Positions 23,617-33,682 of a DNA stretch of 38,998 nt are shown one piece after another. The notes beneath the pieces were generated by a model. That model did no database searches. It was not told where the DNA came from and saw nothing but the letters and a program-made list of their open reading frames with translations. The position numbers were made by a program, and so were the translations under genes. This stretch comes from a virus, in IMG/VR virus record IMGVR_UViG_3300017694_000011, positions 1 through 38,998 of that record; one strand, 5' to 3'. The number at the start of each line of letters is the position of its first letter. Positions within the stretch are counted from its first letter, which is position 1.

Positions 23617-24938
23617 TCATCCCTCTAGGCATCGGAGCATACAAACGCACCGCAGCGTTTGCCCCCGAGGTCGTGTGCCTGAATTTCCTGCTGGAGCCGG
23701 ACAAGTCGGGTATCTCGCCCGACAAGATCGTGCGGGTGCAGCGCCCTGGTCTGCTATCGGTTGGCAAGCGTGGCACGGGGCCGGTACAGGCGATTGACAA
23801 TCGCCCCAGTACTGGCGCCCAGCTCGTGGTGTCGGGGGGGAGGCTGTTCGATGGAGGGTTGGATAAGGGATTCGTAGGTGGAGCACGCATCGTGCCACTT
23901 GCCGGAACGCTGTTCCATCACGCTATCCTTGGCGACCGTCTGTACCTGTACGATGGCACGCTGACGCCTGTTGCGATGCCAGACGATGCCCCGCCGATTG
24001 TCGATATTGAGCAGTTGAACGGGTATATCCTCATTCTAACCGAAACGGGGCGCTTCTACTGGATAGTACCGGGTGAAACGACCGTAGACCCCTTGGCCTT
24101 TGCTAATGCGGAAAGCAGCGCCGATAAGGGCGTGGCTATCCGTCGTATCGGCGATGAGTTTTGGATTTTCGGCACGCGGACGATTGAGCCTTGGCAGGCG
24201 ACGGGCGATGACCTTGCGCCGTTCCAGCGAGCGTTGGGGCGGTTGTACGAGCGGGGATGCAAGGCGCGTGATACAGTGCGGCGCTTCGACAACAGCCTGA
24301 TGTGGGTTGGCGATGACAACGAAGTATATCGCGGCGGCGAAGTGCCACAAGTTGTTTCAGACCCCGGCCTTGCTGAGCGCATTCGTCGCGCTTCGGGGCA
24401 GCCTATGTCTGCTTGGACATTCGGACTTGACGGACATGAATTTTACGCGCTGAATATCGGTTCGGAGGGCACCTTCGTTTTCGATGCTCTCGTAAATGCG
24501 TGGGCCGAGTTTTCCAGCGGTTCTACCGCCGGTTGGTTGGCTTACGTCGGCAACCAGGAAGGGGGTGATGTGTCCGCCGGGGATGAGGGAGGTAATCTCT
24601 ACCGCGTGACCCCGGATGCAGCGACCGACAACGGCACTGCCTTTCCGCGCACCCTGACCGCCACCGTGCCGTTGATGGGCAAGCCCCCGCGCAACGACAG
24701 CGTGACCATTGGCGTTGGTTCGGATACCGATGTGACGATCCGCTTTCGGTGGAAGGATGGGCAAGAGCCTTTTCCCGTAGGATACTACGACGAAATGCTG
24801 GCCCGCGCACCGCTTGACGTGGCGACGATCTACCGCTTGGGCCAGCCTGATCAGCCGTATCGCACATTCGAGGTATCGGTCGTGGAGCCTGTGGCGGTCC
24901 GAATTTCGGGCATGTTTGCCAACGAGGGATGGAAGTAA
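23613..24938 (+). CDS. P22 gp10-like tail hub / packaged-DNA stabilisation protein
   Basis: 441 aa. The FGTRTIEPWQATGD segment resembles the P22 gp10 FGSSTIEYFSLTGA region as I recall it. Position between the adaptor and needle-like genes fits. Confidence 0.5.
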   Translation: MIIPLGIGAYKRTAAFAPEVVCLNFLLEPDKSGISPDKIVRVQRPGLLSVGKRGTGPVQAIDNRPSTGAQLVVSGGRLFDGGLDKGFVGGARIVPLAGTLFHHAILGDRLYLYDGTLTPVAMPDDAPPIVDIEQLNGYILILTETGRFYWIVPGETTVDPLAFANAESSADKGVAIRRIGDEFWIFGTRTIEPWQATGDDLAPFQRALGRLYERGCKARDTVRRFDNSLMWVGDDNEVYRGGEVPQVVSDPGLAERIRRASGQPMSAWTFGLDGHEFYALNIGSEGTFVFDALVNAWAEFSSGSTAGWLAYVGNQEGGDVSAGDEGGNLYRVTPDAATDNGTAFPRTLTATVPLMGKPPRNDSVTIGVGSDTDVTIRFRWKDGQEPFPVGYYDEMLARAPLDVATIYRLGQPDQPYRTFEVSVVEPVAVRISGMFANEGWK

Positions 24939-25558
24939 TGGCGATGGAGCCATTCCTCCGCGTTCCTACGCTGACGCAGCAGCAACCGATCGTCGAGGAA
25001 AGCCGGCGCCCTACCAGCGCTTTCCTTCGCACGATGAACGACATCATCCAGCGTATCGTACAGGTGGTAAATGCGATCGTCGATGTGCTGGATATTCAAG
25101 AGCAGTTGCAAGCGGCTGTGACGGCAGCGCAGGAAGCGGCGCAGGATGCCAGAGACGCAGCGGACAATGCGCAGGCGCAGGCAGACGCCACCAAGCGCGA
25201 GGCTGCGCTAGTCAGTTCCTACATTGATCCTGACGGGGTTGTAAGCGCTACGCCTACGGTCGTATCGATCGCTGCGCACACGCGTTACTATGCTGATGGC
25301 ACCAGCGTCGCAGTCAATGCCGGCACTGGCGAGGCAACGGCGGAGGCGGAGGTTGATTATGTCAGCTACGAAGATCCTATGCGTGCGGGCGGGGCGGTGA
25401 CTTACATCATCTCGACGACGCCGCCCGTACAGACCGGCGAGACGCACGTCGTGGGCGCGGTGCAGATTCCTGCTACGGGCACCAATGAAGGCGGCTCCGG
25501 GCCGCAGCGGCCGGGGCAGGTGTATCCGAACAAATTTGCGAACGAGCCCGACGCATGA
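24938..25558 (+). CDS. Tail needle / plug-like coiled-coil protein (gp26-like position)
   Basis: N-terminal Ala/Gln/Asp-rich heptad-like stretch (IQEQLQAAVTAAQEAAQDARDAADNAQAQADATKREAA) with a C-terminal beta-type domain. Position-based call. Confidence 0.4.
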   Translation: MAMEPFLRVPTLTQQQPIVEESRRPTSAFLRTMNDIIQRIVQVVNAIVDVLDIQEQLQAAVTAAQEAAQDARDAADNAQAQADATKREAALVSSYIDPDGVVSATPTVVSIAAHTRYYADGTSVAVNAGTGEATAEAEVDYVSYEDPMRAGGAVTYIISTTPPVQTGETHVVGAVQIPATGTNEGGSGPQRPGQVYPNKFANEPDA

Positions 25559-26001
25559 TCCGCCTTGCCACACATGATGACATTCCCGCCATGGTCGAGA
25601 TGGGGCGTGAGTTCCATGCCGCTGCCGGTTGGGGCGACATCGCCGAATTTGTGGAAGATGATTGCGCTGCAAGCTTGGCGGTGATGATTGATGCACCTTC
25701 CATGATCGTGCTGGCGCTTGAGGATCAGGGACAATTAGTTGGCATGGCCGGCGGCGTTTCGTCGCCTTGCTATTTCAATCACCGCGTTACCTTGGGCCAG
25801 GAATTGTTCTTCTGGATCAACCCCGAGCAGCGCGGCGGGGGCATGATCTTCAAGAATATGCTTGAAGCAGAGGCACGCCGGATCGGCTGTGATGCCTGGA
25901 TCATGATCGCACTTGAGAATATTAGACCTGACGCGACAGGTGCGCTATACAGGCGCGGAGGGTATCGCCCTGCCGAACGTAACTGGATCAAGAGGTTGTA
26001 A
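25555..26001 (+). CDS. GNAT-family N-acetyltransferase
   Basis: 148 aa. MIRLATHDDIPAMVEM start and an acetyl-CoA motif-A-like PEQRGGGMIFKNMLEAEARRIG. Confidence 0.7.
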   Translation: MIRLATHDDIPAMVEMGREFHAAAGWGDIAEFVEDDCAASLAVMIDAPSMIVLALEDQGQLVGMAGGVSSPCYFNHRVTLGQELFFWINPEQRGGGMIFKNMLEAEARRIGCDAWIMIALENIRPDATGALYRRGGYRPAERNWIKRL

Positions 26002-26003
26002 CG

Positions 26004-26675
26004 ATGGCAATTAGTCTTGGAACAGCCTTGATCGGTAGCGCTGTCGCTGGTGGGGTTTCCTCGATCATCGGCGGCAATAAAGCAGCCAGCGCGCAGCGTA
26101 AAGCGTCGGACGCCAACACGCAGTTGCAGCGTGACATCTATGGCCAGAACCAGGCCACGTTGTCGCCCTACATCCAGCGCGGCAACGCGGCGGGCGATAT
26201 CCTGCAAGGCCTTATCATGGGCGGGCAGGGTGCGCAGGATGCATTCCGTCAGTTCCAGGCTGGTACGGGATATCAGACCACCTTGGCCGATGCGTTGGGT
26301 TCGGTGAACAGCAACGCTTATGCGCGCGGCATGGGTGATAGCGGGGCTACCGCACGGCGATTGCAGATGACGGCGGGGCAGGTGGCGCAGGGGTCGTTCG
26401 GGCAATACGCCAATCTGTTGGGCAACCAGCAGGCGGCTGGTTTGTCGGGCGCGTCGGCCTTGGCGGGCGTGGGGCAGAATTACGCCAACTCGGTCAGCGC
26501 CAACAATAACGCCACTGCCACCGCGCAGGGCAATGCCGCGCTGAATACGGCGGGGCAGATCAACGGCCTGTTGAATAACGCCACGTCGTTGCTGGCCTTT
26601 AACAAGGGGTTGGGCAGCAGCTATTCGGGCATGGCGCCTAGCGGCTATGGCGGGCAGCTTGGAGGTATCTACTGA
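26004..26675 (+). CDS. Internal virion / DNA-ejection protein candidate
   Basis: Gly/Ala/Asn/Gln-rich 223 aa with a hydrophobic N-terminus, downstream of the needle-like gene as for P22 ejection proteins. Confidence 0.5.
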   Translation: MAISLGTALIGSAVAGGVSSIIGGNKAASAQRKASDANTQLQRDIYGQNQATLSPYIQRGNAAGDILQGLIMGGQGAQDAFRQFQAGTGYQTTLADALGSVNSNAYARGMGDSGATARRLQMTAGQVAQGSFGQYANLLGNQQAAGLSGASALAGVGQNYANSVSANNNATATAQGNAALNTAGQINGLLNNATSLLAFNKGLGSSYSGMAPSGYGGQLGGIY

Positions 26676-27388
26676 TGCCGGCGGATTATAGCTTGTTGGG
26701 CGGCGGTTTCTCGGCTGCCAATGCACTGGCTGCGCTGGGGGCTGGGCAGCAGCAGCGCATGCAGCAGCAGCGTTTCGCGGCACAGGAGGAGGAATTGGCG
26801 CGTCAGCAGCAGCTACGCGCGGGATTGCAGGGGGCATATGACCCGACCACAGGCCAGCTTGATCGTGTGGCGGCTCGCCAAGCGTATGCGGGCGCTGGCG
26901 ACATTGAAGGCGCAATGGGTGTCGACCAGCGGGCCACGGCTGCGCAGGCAGCGCAATACAAGAACGCGGTGGAAAAGGTGGGCCTGACCGCGCAGCTTTT
27001 GGGTGGCGTGCGAGATGAGGCGACCTATCAGCAGGCGCGACAGGTGGCCGCTGCGAACGGACTGGACGTATCGGGCATCCCGCCGACATACAACCCGCAA
27101 TGGGTTGCCACGACCCGCACGCAGGCGCTGACGATGGCGCAGCAGCTTGAGCAGGAAGCGCCTAAGTATCAGGTGGTGCCGGAGGGTGGCGTACTGGTGA
27201 ACACGCGCGATCCGAACGCCTTGCAGGCAGTTGCCAACCGGGCACCATCTCAGGCCGGAACTGATTATTCGGCCATGGCACAGGCGGCAATTGCGGCTGG
27301 CGCTGATCCCGCGCAAGTCCGCGCTCGCCTCCAACAGTTGCAGGGAGGCGCGGCTCCGCAAGCCACCAGCCCTTTCCCGATCCCATGA
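26675..27388 (+). CDS. Internal virion / DNA-ejection protein candidate
   Basis: Ala/Gln-rich 237 aa, coupled to its neighbours. Confidence 0.5.
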   Translation: MPADYSLLGGGFSAANALAALGAGQQQRMQQQRFAAQEEELARQQQLRAGLQGAYDPTTGQLDRVAARQAYAGAGDIEGAMGVDQRATAAQAAQYKNAVEKVGLTAQLLGGVRDEATYQQARQVAAANGLDVSGIPPTYNPQWVATTRTQALTMAQQLEQEAPKYQVVPEGGVLVNTRDPNALQAVANRAPSQAGTDYSAMAQAAIAAGADPAQVRARLQQLQGGAAPQATSPFPIP

Positions 27389-27624
27389 ATGGGCCGGGGC
27401 GGGTAACGTCGATGCGTCGCACCGAGGCAGGCAATCGCGCTGTCGGCGGAAAGCGCAACAGCTATCATCTGACCGGTGAGGGTGTCGACCATGCCGGCGC
27501 TTCCATGTCGCAGCTTCGTGCTTATTATGGCCCGCGCGCCCGCTATCTCGACGAGGGCGATCATATTCACGTCACCCTACCCGGCGCTCGTTTGCCGCTT
27601 TACGGAAAGCGCGGAACCCAATGA
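27385..27624 (+). CDS. Minimal peptidase M15 (zinc D-Ala-D-Ala carboxypeptidase/endopeptidase-like) protein, 79 aa
   Basis: [25 protein letters not shown] ... GDHIHVTLP matches the R..N...GG..S.H..G.A.D ... H.H zinc-ligand pattern of M15 peptidases. Confidence 0.65.
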   Translation: MNGPGRVTSMRRTEAGNRAVGGKRNSYHLTGEGVDHAGASMSQLRAYYGPRARYLDEGDHIHVTLPGARLPLYGKRGTQ

Positions 27625-30428
27625 TGCAGGATAACCCTTTCGCCGACCTGATCCCGCAGACGCCTCAAGCGCCTGGCGTTATCTATGGGCGCCCCAAGAC
27701 GCCGACGCCGCTGGAGCTAAGCCGCGAGAGCCGCGCGGCGGATGCCGCCGACCGTGCTGCCGCTGCTGCCGATCGTGCGGCGATTGCGCAGGATCGCGCG
27801 GCCATCAACCAAACGCGCGCAATCGAAAACGACGAACAGCGGCTTGCCCGCGAGGGTATCAGTGCGCAGACCACGCTGCGTAAAGAATTTGACGACCGGA
27901 AAGATGTGCAACGGTTTGCTACCGTCCGTACCGCGCGCGAGCAAATTCGGTCGCTGGTCAACAACCCGAACACCACAGCGCAAGACGATATCGCGCTCAT
28001 CTTTTCGTTCATGCGCGCGCTTGATCCAAACTCGGTCGTACGCGAGGGTGAATTCGCGACCGCTCAGAATGCCGCTGGCATCCCGACGCAAATTGTCAAC
28101 TATTACAACCGCGCCTTGAGCGGCGAGCGGCTTTCGGGAGAGCAGCGCAAGAATTTCGGCAAGACGGTCGACACGCTGTATCAGGGTGAACGCGACCTCT
28201 ACAACCAGCAGGCGCTACGGTATCGTGATTTGGCTGAGCGGCAGGGCATCGATCCTGACCTGATCGCGCGTCGGTACGTACCGGACGAACAGCCTGCACA
28301 GGCACAGAACGCCGCCGCTCCCAACATTCGCCCACAGGGTGACATTGCGTTCGGCAATACCGGCGGCGCCCCTGCTGGTGCGGAAGCTTACCAAGCGGAG
28401 GTGGAAGCCGGCATTCGCAACGGCACGCTGCGTACGGCAGATGATGTCGCGGCGGTCGCGGCCAAGTATCGTTACGCCGCACCCGATCGCGCCGAAACGG
28501 AAAAGATGTTCGAGGCTCTGCGCAATGGCGCGCGGTACGGTGGGGCACAAGCCCCGCAATATGCCAGCGCTGTAGCGCGGCGGGCAGAGATGGGCCGTGA
28601 GCGCGGCGATAGCGTCGTAGACCCGTTCGTTCGTGGCGCAGCGGATACGGTATCGCTGGGCCTTGCGGACGAAATTTCTGGCATCGGCAACGCCATCATC
28701 ACTGGCGGCAACGTTGATGAGAATATTGCCCTCCAGCGCGCAACGGATCAATTCGATGAACAACGTAATTTCGCTCCACGCCTATCGGGACAAATTGCAG
28801 GCGGCTTTGCCCTGCCCGTCCCCGCCGCTGCCAATACTCCCGGTCGCCTCGCCGCTGTCGGCGCGGGTTACGGTGCTGGCTATGGCTTTGGTAGTGCCGA
28901 TGGTGGCCTTGCTGACCGCCTAGCCGGCGCTGCTGTTGGCGGGGCTATTGGGGGCGGCGTGGGTTATGCTGGCGGTTCACTGGCGCAGCGGCTTGCTAAC
29001 CGTCCGCCTCCTACGACGCCGCGCGGCGTTAATCAGCAGACGGTTGATGCCGCAGAACGCCAAGGCGTCGAGCTGGTGCGCCCTGACGTGGCGCCTGCAA
29101 ACCGCAATGCGTATGGCTTTTTGGAAAGCTTGCCTTTTAGCGGCGGACGTGTGCGTAGAGATTTGCAGCGCGGTGTTGGCCAGATCGAGCAGCGTGTTGC
29201 TGACGTTGGGCAGACGACCAATGCCGTTCCACGGCAAACCGCAGGCGAAAATCTGCAAGCGGCTGGTGAGCGGTATGTTGATCGCAGTCGCAATGTCGTG
29301 TCGCGCTTGTACGACCGCGCAGCTACCTTGTCGGGCAACTCTCAGGTTACGCCGACGCAGGCGCTTAGCACGATCGACAGTCACATTGCGCAGCTAAGTG
29401 AGACGCCTAGCGCAAATGCGACTAAGCTGGGCATCCTTAACCAACTTCGTGCTGACTTGGTGGATCAGGCTGGCAATGTTCGCCCGCTATCCATTCAGGC
29501 AATTCGCGATCTTCGCACTGCTATGCGCGATGAGCTGGGCACCAAAGGGCTGCGCTACACTGACACAGAACGACGCATTACAGATGCTATCGATAGTGCC
29601 AGCACTGACATTGCCAGCCAGTTGAGTGGTCCTGCCTTGCGCGCGTTCCAGCGCGCCGATCGCGCGTATCGCGAGCGGGTCGACCTCGTGGACAACGTGG
29701 TGGAACGGTTCATCGGTAACAGCCGAACCGCGCCGCGTTCCGGCGAGCAAGTGATGAGCGCCGTTGAACGCGCGGCAAAGCCCGGTGCTGGAGACGCGGC
29801 TTCGCTTGATCGTCTAATGAGCCGCCTACAGCCAGCCGAGCGTCAGGAAGTTGCTGCAACCATTGCTTCTCAGCTTGGCCGCCGTGCCGACGACGCCGAG
29901 TTTTCCCCCGCTGTGTTTTTCAGCCAGATCAAGAACTATTCGCCCGAAGCTCGAGCGGCAATCTTTGGCCGCCAAGGGGCGGCGGACTTGGCTGACTTGC
30001 AGCGCATTGCCGAGGCGCGTGGTGGCACTATGGCTCGTCTGAATAACAGCCGTTCCGGCCAAGTAGGTAACTGGTTCAATACGATCCAGAGCGTACTAGC
30101 AGGCGGTGGCGCCGGTGCCCTTGTAGGCGGCGCTACCGGCTTCGGTGCCGCTGCTGGCAGTGGCGTGGGTGTCGTCGCCGCACCTTTGGTGGCGGGCGGC
30201 GCATACCTCACGGCTCGGTCGCTCGGCAATCGCCGTGTCATCTCCGCTTTGGCGCAGGCTGCGCGAGCACAGACGCCACAGGCGCGAACCCAAGCCATTA
30301 GCTATCTGACGACCATTGCCAACCGTGAGCCGGCGCTGACCGCTGAAATCCTGCCGATACGGGATGCCTTGCAAGCCGCCCTATCCCAAGCCCCAGGTCG
30401 TGCAGCCGCCAATCAGGAACAGCAGTGA
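27621..30428 (+). CDS. Large internal virion / ejection protein, 935 aa
   Basis: N-terminal ADRAA-type repeats, two Gly-zipper hydrophobic segments (about aa 395-460 and 820-860), and a position upstream of the tailspike. Confidence 0.6.
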   Translation: MMQDNPFADLIPQTPQAPGVIYGRPKTPTPLELSRESRAADAADRAAAAADRAAIAQDRAAINQTRAIENDEQRLAREGISAQTTLRKEFDDRKDVQRFATVRTAREQIRSLVNNPNTTAQDDIALIFSFMRALDPNSVVREGEFATAQNAAGIPTQIVNYYNRALSGERLSGEQRKNFGKTVDTLYQGERDLYNQQALRYRDLAERQGIDPDLIARRYVPDEQPAQAQNAAAPNIRPQGDIAFGNTGGAPAGAEAYQAEVEAGIRNGTLRTADDVAAVAAKYRYAAPDRAETEKMFEALRNGARYGGAQAPQYASAVARRAEMGRERGDSVVDPFVRGAADTVSLGLADEISGIGNAIITGGNVDENIALQRATDQFDEQRNFAPRLSGQIAGGFALPVPAAANTPGRLAAVGAGYGAGYGFGSADGGLADRLAGAAVGGAIGGGVGYAGGSLAQRLANRPPPTTPRGVNQQTVDAAERQGVELVRPDVAPANRNAYGFLESLPFSGGRVRRDLQRGVGQIEQRVADVGQTTNAVPRQTAGENLQAAGERYVDRSRNVVSRLYDRAATLSGNSQVTPTQALSTIDSHIAQLSETPSANATKLGILNQLRADLVDQAGNVRPLSIQAIRDLRTAMRDELGTKGLRYTDTERRITDAIDSASTDIASQLSGPALRAFQRADRAYRERVDLVDNVVERFIGNSRTAPRSGEQVMSAVERAAKPGAGDAASLDRLMSRLQPAERQEVAATIASQLGRRADDAEFSPAVFFSQIKNYSPEARAAIFGRQGAADLADLQRIAEARGGTMARLNNSRSGQVGNWFNTIQSVLAGGGAGALVGGATGFGAAAGSGVGVVAAPLVAGGAYLTARSLGNRRVISALAQAARAQTPQARTQAISYLTTIANREPALTAEILPIRDALQAALSQAPGRAAANQEQQ

Positions 30429-30521
30429 CGGCCAGAACCAGTACATCAGTACGAACCCGATCACGTATTTCGCTGTCTTTTTCATGGGCCTGTGGTACTA
30501 GAATACCCGAAAGGAACCAAG

Positions 30522-32825
30522 ATGCCTACGAACGTAACCTTCCCCGGTAATCTTGGTCAGACGGAGACGATCGCCGATCTGCGCGACCTGCCGTCGACCT
30601 TCATCGATCCCGGTACGATCTACGTCGTTAAAGGGGTGGGTCGTGCCTATTCGTACGATCCCGGCTCACTGGCGGTAGATGATGGACTGAACGTCATCCG
30701 CCCCAATGACCGCACGCCGTTGCAGGCGGGAAGGTTCCTGTACGAAGTGGATGGTATCGCTTCGGGGCCGAAAGGCGATACCGGAGCGGCGAATAGTACC
30801 TATGTCAGTCTTGCTACGCTAAAAGCGGCATCGGTTGCCAACAGCAGCTACATTTTCGCGCCCCCGGCTGGTAATGATGGCGTCACGACTGCGGGCACTT
30901 TCCTTTACCAAACCGCAGGCGCGCCCTACACGGCGGATGACGTAAATGTCATCAAGCTCGACGGCATACCGCTGACGACCGGCGCGCTTGTGCGGCAGGG
31001 GGCGCAGGGTATCACTGCACAGGCGCTTGAAACGGGCGCTGTGCCGATCAGCCAGAGCGACAAGAACCGTACCAGCGTTAGCGTTTTCGAGTTCATCCCT
31101 GCGTCTTTGCACGCCGGCATCTTGGCGCGCACGGTGGACAACGACAAGACCCGCGCGTTACAGATGGTCGGTTATATCCAGAACGCCATTGATGCAGCAG
31201 CAGCCAAGCGCCGCCTTCTTACCGTTCCTGCCGGTGTTTATAATCTGGCACCTCCGGGTCGGTTCAATGCGGAGGCCGGGGCCATCTTGCGCTGCATTGC
31301 GATCCGCAGCGGCATGGATATCGAGGCGGAATTGGGCGCTACGTTCCGCGTGATAAACGGCATCAGCACGGATGCACAGCCTGAATTCATGTGCATGTTC
31401 GGCACGAATGAAGTGTTGAACAATGTAAGTTGGTACGGCCTTGAGATGGACATGAATGGGGCTAACAACCTTTTCAGCCCTCGCCGTGGCGAAGGAATTT
31501 ACCAGCTTTACAATCAGGCATCGATCCATGTCACCGGCACCGTTTCCGGCGTCGCGGCGCGTATCAACAATGCGACGATTGACACCTGCCGGTTCGTGGG
31601 CAGTTACGGTGTGTCGTGCGTCGTCATGGGTCAGTCGAACACGGTTGACAGCGGTTTGGGTCGTAACTGGACGATGCGGAACAACACGTTCTATGACAAT
31701 GGCTACGACACCATTGACCATAGTTCAGTCTATGGCTGGGCGGAAAACGTCACCGTAGAAGAAAACAACTTCTCCAACCCGACCCAGCTTGCGGTCAACG
31801 GGACCGGCGGACTTGTCGCCTACGAGATTCACGGATCGCACACGACCTTCGCACGCAACCGTGTCCGCAAATACTACCAAGGCCTGTGGATCGACGGCAA
31901 CAGCACTGCTATTTCGTACAGCGTGCAGGTCCTAAACAACACGCTTGATGAAATCGGCGCGTTCGGCATTTTGTATTTCGGTCAGAGCTCGACCGCCGCG
32001 CCGATTATCGGATCGCTGGTGCAGGGCAACCAGATCACGCTCGACGATACGGTCTATCCCGGCATTGATCTGAAATACGGGATCGGCACGGCCGGGCAGT
32101 ACAGCCAAACCGATATTAGTATCAAGGACAACTATGTCCGGGGTCTAGGCAATGTCGTCGCCAAGGCAGGCGTTGCGGTCACTGCTGGAACGATCGTCGG
32201 CCAAAAGCACGACCGGTGGCTGATCGAGCGAAATACCTGCAAGAATGTCAGCGCGGGTGTGGCGCTTTTCACGAATGCTACAGTCGGGCTTGGCACGATG
32301 GAAGTTCGTGACAATGTTGCAATCAACCTTGTGCCCGCCGGAGTTCTAAGCCAGCCCCAAGGTGTAGCGGTTGCCAGTGGTGGTGCGCTGATTGATGATG
32401 TGTCGATCATTCGCAATATCGCGACAGATGACCGCACCACCCCGCTAACGGCATTCGGGGTACGGGTGGAGGGTGCTGTTGGTCGGTACACGATGTACGA
32501 CAATCGCGCTTCGCGTGTGTCGTCTGCCGAGTATGCGGAAGCTGGATTTTCGGCTGTGTCGCGTCGGGGTCGGTTTCTGACGCTTTTCCCATATGATCCC
32601 GCACCTCTTGCGACCAATGCTGCTACATTTGCCGATGTGACCGTGCCCAATGCGGAAATGGGCGATGTTACGAGCGCGACGATGAATGTCCCGTTGCAAG
32701 GCGTGACGATGACTTCGTGGGTGCAGTCTCCCGGAGTCGTGCGCGTCAATTTCCAGAACAGTACCGCTAGCACTGCCGATATTGGCAGCGGCACGATTTT
32801 CGTCACCCTTAACAGGATGGTGTAA
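30522..32825 (+). CDS. Tailspike with right-handed parallel beta-helix (pectate-lyase-like) domain
   Basis: Repeated PbH1-like turns (NNATIDTCRF, MRNNTFYDNG, VEENNFSNP, VLNNTLDEIG, IKDNYVRGLG, IERNTCKNVS, VRDNVAINL, IIRNIATDD, MYDNRASRV). ATG at 30522 with AAGGA upstream is preferred to the GTG at 30492. Confidence 0.75.
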   Translation: MPTNVTFPGNLGQTETIADLRDLPSTFIDPGTIYVVKGVGRAYSYDPGSLAVDDGLNVIRPNDRTPLQAGRFLYEVDGIASGPKGDTGAANSTYVSLATLKAASVANSSYIFAPPAGNDGVTTAGTFLYQTAGAPYTADDVNVIKLDGIPLTTGALVRQGAQGITAQALETGAVPISQSDKNRTSVSVFEFIPASLHAGILARTVDNDKTRALQMVGYIQNAIDAAAAKRRLLTVPAGVYNLAPPGRFNAEAGAILRCIAIRSGMDIEAELGATFRVINGISTDAQPEFMCMFGTNEVLNNVSWYGLEMDMNGANNLFSPRRGEGIYQLYNQASIHVTGTVSGVAARINNATIDTCRFVGSYGVSCVVMGQSNTVDSGLGRNWTMRNNTFYDNGYDTIDHSSVYGWAENVTVEENNFSNPTQLAVNGTGGLVAYEIHGSHTTFARNRVRKYYQGLWIDGNSTAISYSVQVLNNTLDEIGAFGILYFGQSSTAAPIIGSLVQGNQITLDDTVYPGIDLKYGIGTAGQYSQTDISIKDNYVRGLGNVVAKAGVAVTAGTIVGQKHDRWLIERNTCKNVSAGVALFTNATVGLGTMEVRDNVAINLVPAGVLSQPQGVAVASGGALIDDVSIIRNIATDDRTTPLTAFGVRVEGAVGRYTMYDNRASRVSSAEYAEAGFSAVSRRGRFLTLFPYDPAPLATNAATFADVTVPNAEMGDVTSATMNVPLQGVTMTSWVQSPGVVRVNFQNSTASTADIGSGTIFVTLNRMV

Positions 32826-32827
32826 CC

Positions 32828-33052
32828 ATGAACGCAGGCGATATCGTCAAGGACCTTAGCGGGGATCGCGGAGTAGTCCGGCGAATAGGTCCACCAAGTG
32901 TAGGTGAAGGAAGCTCCACCGATACCACCGTCATGGTCGAATGGTCGACGGTTGACGGCAAGCCCGTGCGGCTTATGGGTTCATGGGAAAACGTTTCCGA
33001 CCTCACCCTTGTCAAAGCTGCGAAGGCCGGCGCTATCCGGTCAGGAGAATGA
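32828..33052 (+). CDS. Hypothetical protein, 74 aa
   Basis: Track ORF directly after the tailspike gene. Confidence 0.5.
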   Translation: MNAGDIVKDLSGDRGVVRRIGPPSVGEGSSTDTTVMVEWSTVDGKPVRLMGSWENVSDLTLVKAAKAGAIRSGE

Positions 33053-33053
33053 A

Positions 33054-33173
33054 GTGAAGAAGGAAGAACCCAAGAAGCCGCGCCCGACCAACCGCACCAC
33101 TGACAGCGGCGGTGGTGGCAACACCAATCCTCCGCAGCCGGGTCAGCCGCCCAAGAAGCCCAGCGGGCGGTGA
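33054..33173 (+). CDS. Possible 39-aa Lys/Pro/Gly-rich disordered peptide (VKKEEPKKPRPTNRTTDSGGGGNTNPPQPGQPPKKPSGR)
   Basis: GTG start with GGAG 6 nt upstream and a GTGA overlap into the next gene. Low-complexity sequence. Confidence 0.35.
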   Translation: MKKEEPKKPRPTNRTTDSGGGGNTNPPQPGQPPKKPSGR

Positions 33174-33682
33174 TTTCTGTCGCGCTCTTTGGTGGTATGT
33201 GCGTAGCGGCGATTATCGCCACCTACTTGGCACGCCTGCCCGCCGAAGAGCGCGGCTGTGCTGTTACCGCAGCGTGGGTGCTGGCGGGCAACTGGCTGCT
33301 GTTCGCATGCGCATGGATTTACGCGCCGCTGTCGCCCGCTTTTCTGCTCTACGGTGTGGGGATCAAGGTTAAGCAAGAGGACATGTGGGCGCTGGTAGAC
33401 CTGCTGAGCCTGATCGTCGTTGCCGTCAGGACGCGCCATATATGGTGGGGGCCGCTGTTGTGGACGCCTTACCTCGTAACGCTTTGCATGCACGCAGTGG
33501 CGTGGGGCGCGGCGCTTGAGTACATCGAATACCGGGCAGTTCTGGATGCAGCACTTTTGATCCAGCTTGCCGTTCTCTTTACGCTTGGGGGTGGTGGCTG
33601 TGCCGATCGTCTGTCTGATATGTGGGGTGGCCTTCGTGGTGTGGTGCGGTCTGCCGTCCACCGTTTGGGAGTGGTGGCGTGA
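33170..33682 (+). CDS. Polytopic membrane protein, 170 aa, about 5-6 TM segments
   Basis: Successive hydrophobic stretches (ISVALFGGMCVAAIIATYLA, AAWVLAGNWLLFACAWIYA, WALVDLLSLIVVAV, LLWTPYLVTLCMHAVAW, AALLIQLAVLFTLGG). Confidence 0.6.
   Translation: MISVALFGGMCVAAIIATYLARLPAEERGCAVTAAWVLAGNWLLFACAWIYAPLSPAFLLYGVGIKVKQEDMWALVDLLSLIVVAVRTRHIWWGPLLWTPYLVTLCMHAVAWGAALEYIEYRAVLDAALLIQLAVLFTLGGGGCADRLSDMWGGLRGVVRSAVHRLGVVA

Noticed and set aside
30492-30521. GTG at 30492 as the tailspike start (track ORF MVLEYPKGTKMPTN...).
   Set aside because: The ATG at 30522 is preceded by AAGGA at proper spacing, whereas the GTG has no SD. The difference is only 10 codons.
30762-30785. GPKGDTG in the tailspike N-terminal region as a collagen-like repeat domain.
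   Set aside because: Only two G-x-y triplets are present, which is not a repeat array.
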